NCBI GenBank assembly: GCA_963828195.1 | Contig: CAWHDT010000007.1 | Coordinates: 192,001 to 256,000 of the forward strand | Direction: 5' to 3' | Length of the DNA: 64,000 bases | From: Candidatus Bathyarchaeota archaeon | Lineage (GTDB): Archaea > Thermoproteota > Bathyarchaeia > Bathyarchaeales > Bathycorpusculaceae | Part shown: positions 49,479 to 57,845 of the stretch, piece by piece | Position numbering within the stretch: position 1 is the stretch's first letter | Layout of the letters: the number at the start of each line of letters is the position of its first letter | The notes under the pieces: model-generated | Database searches by the model: none | The model's input: only the letters and a program-made list of their open reading frames with translations | Told to the model about the DNA's origin: nothing | Position numbers and translations under genes: made by a program

Positions 49479-50012
49479 ATGGTTCAGGGTTCAGGGTATC
49501 GGGCTCTTGTAAAATCCTACGCTAATAGAAGGGGTATAAGTGGATTAGTAAGGAACCTGAATGATGGGAAAGTCGAGATTTTCTGTGAAGGCGCAAAAAA
49601 TAGCATTGAACAATTAATGAAAGACATTGATGTTAAAGGAAGCGTTTCTAATCCTCTCAGTTTAAATGTTGATAAAATCAGCGTCCACTGGGAAGAAGAA
49701 AAAGGATTCGAGGAATCTTGGAAGCCCTATGTTGGATTTGAGATGGATTATGGACCAGGGCAACTTACTCAGTTTGAAAAAGAAAACTTAGACTCGCTTG
49801 AATGGGCAAAACTTCGATTTTCAACACTTGAAAGAGGTATCTATTCTTTTAGAGACGAAACCAGCGAAAATTTCAATCTTATGGCTAACAAATACGGAAG
49901 CATCTCGACAGATGTCAACGCAACAAAACAAGAAATAAAAAAATCACTAGACGAATTGCCCGACCGTATGGGAAAATCGCTCACAGAACACCTCAAAAAA
50001 CTAATAAAATAG
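49479..50012 (+). CDS. Second acylphosphatase-like protein with C-terminal helical extension; true start uncertain
   Basis: VQGSGYR, G.VRNL.DG.VE; the first beta strand KARIIVDG lies in frame upstream of the ATG. Confidence 0.75.
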   Translation: MVQGSGYRALVKSYANRRGISGLVRNLNDGKVEIFCEGAKNSIEQLMKDIDVKGSVSNPLSLNVDKISVHWEEEKGFEESWKPYVGFEMDYGPGQLTQFEKENLDSLEWAKLRFSTLERGIYSFRDETSENFNLMANKYGSISTDVNATKQEIKKSLDELPDRMGKSLTEHLKKLIK

Positions 50013-50238
50013 TTATTAATCCAACATAGATGTACATAGTATTATCCAAACGAATAGCTCTCATTATAAAAATCAACCCGAAACAAGCCCAGATTTTTTG
50101 AGCCACCTTCCTGCAGGAGACCCTACTATTTGTGACAAAATCATCCACAAAAAGCACACAGATTAAGTCGCAGAGCTCTCTCCTCACCACTTACAAATAG
50201 ACTATCTAAAGTTAAAAGTAAACTAAAAGAAAAAGGGG

Positions 50239-51123
50239 TTAGATTTTTGTGCCCTGCGACGGATCTTCGATTACTTTCTGGAACTCCGCCATCAGCTGCT
50301 TCGTGATTGGTCCGGGTTTACCTGTGCCGATTTTGCGTTTGTTGACTTCGCGTATAGGCACCATCTCCATCGCGGTTCCCGTGAAGAATGCTTCGTCAGC
50401 GGTGAACAACATAAAAGGGGTTATGTTTGTTACCGTCAACTTTAAGCCGAGCTTCGCAGCGATTTTCTCTGTGACTTCAGCGGTGATTCCCGCAAGCGCG
50501 CCCGTTGATGTGGGTGGGGTCAATAACTCGCCGTTTTTCACGATGAAAACGTTTTCGCCGACGCCTTCAGCGACGTAACCGTTGTTTTCCAAGCACATGG
50601 CTTCGTCCACGCCGTTCACATTTGCCTCAATCTTTGCCAAAACGCTGTTTAGATAGTTGAGCGATTTTATTTCGTGCGAGGTTGCGTCCACGGGGTTGCG
50701 TCTTACCCACGAGAACATTGTGGTGATTCCGTTTTCTTTCGCGCCGGTTGCATGCAGGAAGATTTTGTCTGTTATGATGATTACTGAGGGTTTGGGGCAT
50801 TTGCGCGGGTCCAATCCAAGGTCACCGACTCCTCGGGTAACTACTAGGCGTATGTAGGAGTCTTTGAGCTTGTTTTTGCGCAGGGTTTCAACGACGGCTC
50901 GGGTCATTTCCTCTTTAGTTAAGGGAATCTTGAGCATCAGCACGTGGGCTGACCGGTAGAGGCGGTCAATGTGCTCTTTAAGTTTGAAGACTACGCAGTT
51001 GTACTCGCGGATTCCCTCGAAAACGCCGTCCCCGTAGAGGAGTCCATGGTCAAACACGGATATTTTAGCCTCTGACTTAGGATAGTATTTGCCGTCGATG
51101 TAGACTTCGAGTTCACTGCTCAT
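50239..51123 (-). CDS. ilvE: Branched-chain amino acid aminotransferase
   Basis: YGDGVFEG, EH..RL, KSLNY, GENVF, LAGIT, GTA.E. Confidence 0.95.
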   Translation of the reverse strand: MSSELEVYIDGKYYPKSEAKISVFDHGLLYGDGVFEGIREYNCVVFKLKEHIDRLYRSAHVLMLKIPLTKEEMTRAVVETLRKNKLKDSYIRLVVTRGVGDLGLDPRKCPKPSVIIITDKIFLHATGAKENGITTMFSWVRRNPVDATSHEIKSLNYLNSVLAKIEANVNGVDEAMCLENNGYVAEGVGENVFIVKNGELLTPPTSTGALAGITAEVTEKIAAKLGLKLTVTNITPFMLFTADEAFFTGTAMEMVPIREVNKRKIGTGKPGPITKQLMAEFQKVIEDPSQGTKI

Positions 51124-51205
51124 TTGTATTTCACTTCTCATCTGGCTGTTTCATATGTCCAATTATTTGATATAGTTATCCTCAACGATACGCATATTTC
51201 GTTTA

Positions 51206-53107
51206 TCAACCATGGAACTGAGGACGCTTAGACAGGTAGGTCGGCAGCGGCAAAGGCTTGAACGGTTTCCCAGCGATTTTCTCAGACACCTTAGCAATCA
51301 ACTCTTCAGCAGTCATGTTTTGCTGTTGACCCTTAAGCTCCCGGTCACGAACCGAAAGCATGCCTGACTCAACTTCTTTTTCGCCTACAACCACGATGTA
51401 GGGAACCCATTCCTGCTCAGCTTCACGGATTTTCTTCTGCAGCGTCGATGCACTGTCATCGATGTCAACTCGGATGCAGTGAGATTCTATTTGCTTAGCA
51501 AGCTCCTCTAACTTGTCAAGGTACTTGTCGGATATGGGGATAAGCCGCACCTGCGTCGGGGAAAGCCAAAGCGGAAGCATCGGCGCTTTACCAGCCATCT
51601 GTTCACGGTAAGCCTTCTCCAGCAGCGCGTAGATGTCTCGTTCGATGGCGCCGCTTGGGCTGCAGTGCAGAATCAGCGGGTACTGTTTTTCGCCTTTTTC
51701 GTCAACGTAGGTGATTTCGTAGCGCTTCGCGTTTTCCACGTCAATCTGGTCTGTGGATAGCGCCGCGGCTTTATCTTGGTTGTCCACGAAGTTGAGGTCC
51801 CATTTGAGGACGAAGTAGAAGAAACGTTCATTCCAAACTTCAGCCAACATGGGTTTGCCGTAGGCTTTGGCGATTTCACAGATGAACTCCCTGTGCTCAT
51901 CGTAGAAGCCCCTTGTGAAGCGCATAGCTATTTCGTAGTCGTCTTTTACAAGCCCGACGTTGTCCAGCACATCTATGCAGAGATTAAAGCGAACCATGAA
52001 TTCTTTCTTTGCCTGGTCAAGGTCAGCGCAGAAGGCGTGGCAGTCGGGCATAGTGAAGGCTCTTAAGCGTTTTAACCCGACGACTTCGCCGCTTTTCTCG
52101 CGCCTGAAACTGTAACGGGTCAACTCGTAGAGTTTGATAGGCAGCTGTTTGTAGCTTATTTGGGCGTCGTGAGCCATGAGAAACTGGCCGAAGCACGCTG
52201 CAAAACGCAGAAAAAGCTCTTTATCTTCAGATTTAAGGGTGTACTGGCGCGCTGGGAAACGGTTGAGGTAGCTTTTGAGGCTTGGATGGTTGAAGTCATA
52301 CATGATGGGAGTTTCAACTTCCATGCCGCCGTAAGCAGCGACGCGCATGGTCACGTATTGCTCAAGCAGAGACTTAATCATGCGGCCTTTGGGGTACCAG
52401 CGGATGTTGCCCGGGTCGCTTCCCGGCTCATAATCCGCTATCTCCAGCCTCTTCATCAAAGGCACATGAGGCGGCATCACAGTGACCGCACGGGTTTTTT
52501 TGATTTCATAGTTAGAGAACTTCTGCAGATTAACGAGACCTTTAAACTTGAATTCCTCAATGGGCACAAGCGTACCATCGGTTTGCAGTATGTGCCAGTA
52601 GGATTTCATCGTATCCTCAGCTTTCAGGGCTGCGGAGACCGGTTCCTCCTCTTTCTTACAAACAGCACCTTCGGCTTTAGCTTCCGCCGCCACAGGAGTG
52701 GGCGCGTAGCTGCGTGCCTGTTCAGCAAGCGGGTGCCCCTTTATGGAGATGGTGAATTGTTTGTTCCAGCCAAATGGAGCGCGGTAGGTTTCGATTCCTT
52801 TCTCTTTAGCGTAGGCTTCCATGGCTTTTACGATTTTGAGGGCTTCGCTTGGGTTGCTGAGGTTGCTGCTTAAATGGGCAAATGGGTAAATGAGGATGCG
52901 GTTGGTTTTCTGTTTGCCTAGGAAAGCGCGGATGTCGTTGATGGCGGTCTGAGCCGTCGCCACTGTGTCGCCTTCCTCTATCGCCGTGAACAGCACGACG
53001 ACTTCTTCTATGCGGTTCTCTTTTTGCTCCGCTTCCTCAGCTAGGGCGATTTCTTTTTGGATTGGTTTAAAAACTATAAAGTCCGAGTGTAACTGAAGTA
53101 TTCGCAT
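51206..53107 (-). CDS. thrS: Threonine-tRNA ligase with archaeal editing domain
   Basis: MRILQLH, YPFAHLS, LRFAACFG, RLRAFTMPD, HCSPSG..ER. Confidence 0.97.
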   Translation of the reverse strand: MRILQLHSDFIVFKPIQKEIALAEEAEQKENRIEEVVVLFTAIEEGDTVATAQTAINDIRAFLGKQKTNRILIYPFAHLSSNLSNPSEALKIVKAMEAYAKEKGIETYRAPFGWNKQFTISIKGHPLAEQARSYAPTPVAAEAKAEGAVCKKEEEPVSAALKAEDTMKSYWHILQTDGTLVPIEEFKFKGLVNLQKFSNYEIKKTRAVTVMPPHVPLMKRLEIADYEPGSDPGNIRWYPKGRMIKSLLEQYVTMRVAAYGGMEVETPIMYDFNHPSLKSYLNRFPARQYTLKSEDKELFLRFAACFGQFLMAHDAQISYKQLPIKLYELTRYSFRREKSGEVVGLKRLRAFTMPDCHAFCADLDQAKKEFMVRFNLCIDVLDNVGLVKDDYEIAMRFTRGFYDEHREFICEIAKAYGKPMLAEVWNERFFYFVLKWDLNFVDNQDKAAALSTDQIDVENAKRYEITYVDEKGEKQYPLILHCSPSGAIERDIYALLEKAYREQMAGKAPMLPLWLSPTQVRLIPISDKYLDKLEELAKQIESHCIRVDIDDSASTLQKKIREAEQEWVPYIVVVGEKEVESGMLSVRDRELKGQQQNMTAEELIAKVSEKIAGKPFKPLPLPTYLSKRPQFHG

Positions 53108-53122
53108 GGCATTTCACTCTTC

Positions 53123-53329
53123 TCAGTGACCGAAACGCCACTTATCAATCGTTTTGTCTTTTTTCGTTTTTTTCTTATACTCTTTATAATGTTCTTTGCA
53201 GAGGTACGCACGTTTTTCATTGCTGCTGACGCTTAAAACAGACTTGACTTTGTCAACCGACAGTGAACGGGCAGCCTCTCTGCCGCAGCCGGACACGTTG
53301 CATTTAACTCCTTTTTCTACGCGACCCAC
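53123..53329 (-). CDS. Small Zn-binding conserved hypothetical protein
   Basis: CNVSGC...LCKEHY; basic C-terminus. Confidence 0.75.
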   Translation of the reverse strand: MGRVEKGVKCNVSGCGREAARSLSVDKVKSVLSVSSNEKRAYLCKEHYKEYKKKTKKDKTIDKWRFGH

Positions 53330-53371
53330 AGTTAACGCCTCATCTATTCAAGTTTAATACGTAGATGCACG

Positions 53372-54295
53372 CTATTGCTTAAGTTCCTTTTCATACAGAA
53401 TTTTGGCTCTCTGATAAATTTTTTCTTTCGAGCCGAAATAGGTAGGTCCGGGTCCCTCCACAACCAACGAAGCCGCAGCTGAACCCACGCAGCTACACCA
53501 CACCGAATCTTTTCCGCGCAGGTACTCGGTTAAGAAGCCGCCCATGAAAACGTCTCCTGCCCCTGTCGGGTCCACAAGAACATCCGAGGGACAAGCAGCG
53601 ATGCTGTATTGTGCACCCTCCACGGAGAGCACAGAGCCTTTAGCGCCCATGGTAACGATGACGGTTTCAACTCCGACATCATGAATTGCTTTTATTGCAT
53701 GCTTCAAATCTGACTCGCCGGTAAGCGCGTAGATTTCGTTTTGTGATGACTTGTAAATGTTGATTAAACTGAAAATCCGGGTGTCTAAGGAAGCGTTTTC
53801 CGTCACGCCTCCGGCTTCGTTGAAGCTTCGAAGCATGCCCTGAGGGTCAAGCGATAAAACATCTGTGCAGTGCTTGAGCTGCTCAACCACTTCGAAGGAC
53901 ACTTCGTTGGCGATGGGCGCAATATGGATAGCTTTCGCCTGCAAACCCGCCTGCAAATCAGCCACGCAGATGGGGGCGCCTTTACTTTTCAACCGTAAAG
54001 TTCGCTCAGACAAATCCGCATTATAGGTCAACTCAAAGCTTGTGGTCGCCTCGTCTGCACGTTTGGTCACGCCTGAAAGGTCAATGCCTTCTTTTTGCAT
54101 CCACCACAGGTAGGCTTCGGGAAAATTCCCGCCGACCTTAGAAATTACAGAAGCCGACGCCTGCAGGCTTTTAGCCGCAAAAGAAGTATATGCTGCTGAG
54201 CCGCCTAAAACAACAAACGGGGCAGTTCTGCTAGGCAACAGAATTGTGTCTATTGAAAGGTGACCGATAACTGCCACATCAACGTTTTGAATCAC
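53372..54295 (-). CDS. PfkB-family carbohydrate/nucleoside kinase
   Basis: GG.AAY, LDPQG, DPTGAGD; GTG start at 54295. Confidence 0.9.
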   Translation of the reverse strand: MIQNVDVAVIGHLSIDTILLPSRTAPFVVLGGSAAYTSFAAKSLQASASVISKVGGNFPEAYLWWMQKEGIDLSGVTKRADEATTSFELTYNADLSERTLRLKSKGAPICVADLQAGLQAKAIHIAPIANEVSFEVVEQLKHCTDVLSLDPQGMLRSFNEAGGVTENASLDTRIFSLINIYKSSQNEIYALTGESDLKHAIKAIHDVGVETVIVTMGAKGSVLSVEGAQYSIAACPSDVLVDPTGAGDVFMGGFLTEYLRGKDSVWCSCVGSAAASLVVEGPGPTYFGSKEKIYQRAKILYEKELKQ

Positions 54296-54351
54296 TACCC
54301 AAGCCCCTTCATCATTAATAGGACAACCCAAAGATATAAATGAAAATCGTC

Positions 54352-54726
54352 TCAGGATTGAAGAAGAAGTATAGCCTTCGCCAAGTCTCCCTGGCACTCC
54401 GTAAGAGCTTCTTTCGCTTTCTCAGGGCTTTTGCCCGTTTGATCCGCCACCAGCCTCACATCCTCCTCGGAGAACATTGGCTGCGCTGCCTTAGCTGCTT
54501 GGTGTTGGCCTGGCGCTTGCTCTGAAACTTGGCCGCCGATGACCTGGTACATTTTTTGTCCCTGCACCTCTAAAATCGCAACTTCAGGCTCATCGATAAC
54601 AATGTCTTTGCTGCTTGTCCTGATTATGACTTGTTGAACTTCAGGCACAGAATCCATATTCATGCCCATACGCTGCATCAAACGTTTCTGTTCCCTGGGA
54701 TTCATCCGCTTATGCATAAACTTCAC
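54352..54726 (-). CDS. nac: Nascent polypeptide-associated complex protein
   Basis: NPR...RLMQRMG, QVIG, EEDV.LV..Q, GDLAKAI. Confidence 0.94.
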   Translation of the reverse strand: MKFMHKRMNPREQKRLMQRMGMNMDSVPEVQQVIIRTSSKDIVIDEPEVAILEVQGQKMYQVIGGQVSEQAPGQHQAAKAAQPMFSEEDVRLVADQTGKSPEKAKEALTECQGDLAKAILLLQS

Positions 54727-54763
54727 TACATTGAACTACTCTGCTATGAAACTTCATATAAAC

Positions 54764-55231
54764 TTAACTTTTATTTACGCCATGACGCACCTTGACAGCA
54801 ACACCAGTTTTAAAAGCCGTCATCTCCGCGCTTGAAAGCATAGCTCGCCCAACAGCCAAAACGCTGCCCGATTCATCCCTAACGATGACCTCGTCTTTAG
54901 CGCGGATTTCCTCGTCCACTTTGACTACGTGCACCGCAAAAACATCCCCGCCCGCCGCGATGAATTTTGAAACGTCGGTTTGCACGGTGACAAAGCATTT
55001 GGCGAGGGGTAAGTTTTCAGCTATGAACTTGGCTGCTTTGACGCTCAGAGAATACATGCTGTCGGTGGGGCGCAGTGTAGCTAGTCTTTCGCCGTTTAAG
55101 CTGATGAAGCGTATTCTTCCTGTTCTGGGAGACAGTTGGATTTGGATGTTTTCGGGAAAAAGCTTTGCGCCTACGCCTCGTCCAAACTGGTAGTCAGCAA
55201 TCGCCCGTACCTTGCCAAGTTCGTTCTCCAC
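54764..55231 (-). CDS. PUA-domain protein (archaeosine TGT C-terminal-like)
   Basis: IADYQFG, TGRIR, LATLR, LAVGRA, GVAVKVR. Confidence 0.87.
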   Translation of the reverse strand: MENELGKVRAIADYQFGRGVGAKLFPENIQIQLSPRTGRIRFISLNGERLATLRPTDSMYSLSVKAAKFIAENLPLAKCFVTVQTDVSKFIAAGGDVFAVHVVKVDEEIRAKDEVIVRDESGSVLAVGRAMLSSAEMTAFKTGVAVKVRHGVNKS

Positions 55232-55311
55232 GTTTCCACCGTCGAGGATTTTATTTTCGACAAGTATAAACATAACAAGATAATAAAGACAGTGAAAGGT
55301 GAAAGGTTACA

Positions 55312-55845
55312 TTGAGATGCGAAGTCTGCGGACACAAAATTCATGATGAACCCATAACGGCAGTGATTGAAGGAGCCAGACTAACCGTATGCGTTGAATG
55401 CTCAAAGCATGGAAAAATCGTCCATCAAGAAGAAGTGCCCCTGGCGACGCAAAAGAGCCCCCAAAAACCGCAAGCCCCCCCATCGCTGGTTCAGAGAAAA
55501 CCAGTTGTTGCAAGAGTTGAAATGACGCAGGAAATCACCGAGGACTACGCGACCAAAATACGGGTGGCGCGGGAAAAACTCGGTCTTACCCACGAGGAAC
55601 TGGGCAAAAAAATAAACGAGAAAGCCTCGGTTCTACGAAATCTTGAAGCCCGCAAAATGGCGCCCAACAACCAGTTAGCCTCAAAGCTTGAGCACATGTT
55701 AAAAATCAAGCTGCTTGTTCCCATCTCCGAAGAAAAAATTCCTCCTCCAACCTCGAAGTCCGCTAACCAAGAAATAACCTTGGGCGACCTCATCGAGATA
55801 GACAACAAGGACGAGGAGGCGGCTAACAAACGAAAGCCGTCATAG
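55312..55845 (+). CDS. mbf1: Archaeal multiprotein bridging factor aMBF1
   Basis: CEVCG...IEGA...VC..C Zn ribbon; IR.ARE..GLT.EEL HTH; TLGD. Confidence 0.93.
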   Translation: MRCEVCGHKIHDEPITAVIEGARLTVCVECSKHGKIVHQEEVPLATQKSPQKPQAPPSLVQRKPVVARVEMTQEITEDYATKIRVAREKLGLTHEELGKKINEKASVLRNLEARKMAPNNQLASKLEHMLKIKLLVPISEEKIPPPTSKSANQEITLGDLIEIDNKDEEAANKRKPS

Positions 55846-57101
55846 TTCAGCGCAGGCTAAACCGTGAAGAATCAAGTTTAGATGAGCTGAAAAGATTAGC
55901 TGAAGCAGCCGGATACACCGTTGTCGCCACGCTGGAGCAGACCAGGCCGCCCGACGCACGGTACCAAATAGGCGCCGGAAAAGTTGAGGAACTCGCGCAG
56001 ATGGTGCAGGAAAACGATGCGGGAAAAGTGATTTTTGACAACCAACTCAAAACCCGCCAAACATACAACCTCGCCAAAGCAACCCACGTCGAAGTCATCG
56101 ACCGCTTCCAGCTTATACTGGAGCTCTTCAACAGGCGAGCCACAACCACAGAAGCCCAACTTCAAATCCAGCTAGCTACCCTGCGAAATGAACTCAAACA
56201 CGCCAAAGAAAAAGTCAGGTTAGCCAAAGGAAGCGAGCAGCCAGGCTTCATGGGTCTTGGCGCTTACGAAGCAGACGTTTACCGCGACGCCATAAAACGG
56301 CAGGTCCAAACAATCCTCAAGAAACTGGAGAAAATCCGCGAAAAAAGGGTTCTGCATCGGGAGAGGCGAACAGAGCTTGGCTTATTGACTATTTCGCTTG
56401 CCGGATACACAAAGTCTGGAAAAAGCAGCCTGTTTAACGCTTTAGCCGAAGAAACCGTTGAAGTTGACAAAGCCTTATTCACCACCCTCTCCACAACCAC
56501 GCGGATGGTGCAGTTCTGCAACCGCAAATTCCTCTTAACCGACACCGTGGGCTTCATCGACCGCCTACCCCTGTCGCTCATCGAAGCGTTCCACTCCACC
56601 CTTGAAGAAACCATTTTTTCAGACCTCATCATCCTGGTTGTAGATTTAAACGAGCCCATGGAGAAAATCGAGAAGAAACTCGACGTCTGCAACGAAACAA
56701 TCGACCGCCTCGGCGCAGCAGGCATCCCCACCATAACCGCCCTAAACAAAATAGACCTAATCGCTGAAGCGGAAATAACCCAGAAACTCGAAGCCCTCAA
56801 AGACAAAATCAAAAAACCCATTCTCCTCTCGGCAAAATGCAGAATAAACCTAGACCAGCTGCGAGAGCAAATTCTTAAAATTCTGGAAAAGTACGTTCAA
56901 GCCCAATTCTGTGTCCCGCTGACCAACAGCGCCATGCCCTTCATTTCGTGGGTGCACGGCAAAACAGAAGTCAAAAAAGAAGTTTTCACCAACGATTCAA
57001 TCCAAGTGGAGTTTGAAGCGACGCCCGAGTTAAGTGAGCAAGTGAGAAGAAAAGTGGAAGACCTGCATGGCAAATTCACAATCAACCAAAAAACCAGATA
57101 A
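55830..57101 (+). CDS. hflX: Ribosome-splitting GTPase HflX with no canonical start codon
   Basis: HflX N-domain (ELKRLAEAAGY, YQIGAGKVEE, IDRFQLILELF) is in frame back to ACG at 55830; GYTKSGKS, DTVGF, NKID. Confidence 0.92.
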   Translation, partial: TKAVIVQRRLNREESSLDELKRLAEAAGYTVVATLEQTRPPDARYQIGAGKVEELAQMVQENDAGKVIFDNQLKTRQTYNLAKATHVEVIDRFQLILELFNRRATTTEAQLQIQLATLRNELKHAKEKVRLAKGSEQPGFMGLGAYEADVYRDAIKRQVQTILKKLEKIREKRVLHRERRTELGLLTISLAGYTKSGKSSLFNALAEETVEVDKALFTTLSTTTRMVQFCNRKFLLTDTVGFIDRLPLSLIEAFHSTLEETIFSDLIILVVDLNEPMEKIEKKLDVCNETIDRLGAAGIPTITALNKIDLIAEAEITQKLEALKDKIKKPILLSAKCRINLDQLREQILKILEKYVQAQFCVPLTNSAMPFISWVHGKTEVKKEVFTNDSIQVEFEATPELSEQVRRKVEDLHGKFTINQKTR

Positions 57102-57654
57102 CCCCCCCAAAATCGTAGTTTTAAGATGGGGACACAGACCGCAGCGGGATGTACGCTTAACCACACACGTTGCCTTAACTGCAAGGGCACTTTGCGCCTC
57201 AGGATTCATACTCTCCGACGTAGAAGACAAAAACATAGAGCAAACCGTAAAAAAAATAACTGCGCATTGGGGCGGCACCTTCCAGTTCGAAATGGGCATC
57301 CCATGGAAAAAAGTTGTCCGCGACTGGAAAGCGAGTGGCGGCATCGTGGTTCATCTGACGGCTTACGGAGAAAACATCCAAACAAGCGACGCCCTAAACA
57401 GAATAAAAAACACAAACAAAAACATCCTGCTCCTCGTCGGAAGCCAAAAAGTCCCAGGCGAATTCTACTCCAACGAAGTATCAGATTTTAACGTGGGAGT
57501 TGGAAATCAGCCCCATTCGGAATGTGCTGCGCTCGCCGTTTTCCTGGATCGTTTTTTTGCTGGTGAAGAGTTGGCTAAGGATTTCGGTGGAGCGAAAATG
57601 AAGATTGTGCCGTCTGCAAGAGGAAAGAAAATAAAAAACGACTCGGATCCCTGA
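57067..57654 (+). CDS. trm56: tRNA (cytidine56-2'-O)-methyltransferase aTrm56
   Basis: LRWGHRP.RD.R.TTHV, HLT.YG, GNQPHSE. Confidence 0.94.
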   Translation: MANSQSTKKPDNPPKIVVLRWGHRPQRDVRLTTHVALTARALCASGFILSDVEDKNIEQTVKKITAHWGGTFQFEMGIPWKKVVRDWKASGGIVVHLTAYGENIQTSDALNRIKNTNKNILLLVGSQKVPGEFYSNEVSDFNVGVGNQPHSECAALAVFLDRFFAGEELAKDFGGAKMKIVPSARGKKIKNDSDP

Positions 57655-57845
57655 TTAGTTCTTTTTAATTTTCTAGTGATATTCCAATGTTTTTAGGCGA
57701 ATGGAGGCTACGCATCATAGCCTGCCTTTCAGTCCCAAAACACAAGCGGCGTTGCATTTGCTCCATTCTGTTTCCTAAAATTACATTATAGGAAACGCTA
57801 AAAGCCTATTAACGCATAAATATATTTACCGACCGTTAAGTATAA

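Noticed and set aside
52160-52873. 237-aa ORF antisense to thrS, and similar long antisense ORFs in cdc48, hflX, proS and ino1
   Set aside because: Shadow ORFs of strongly codon-biased genes with no recognisable motifs.
56001-57101. ORF-track start for HflX at ATG 56001
   Set aside because: It would remove about 57 codons of conserved HflX N-domain that are in frame upstream.
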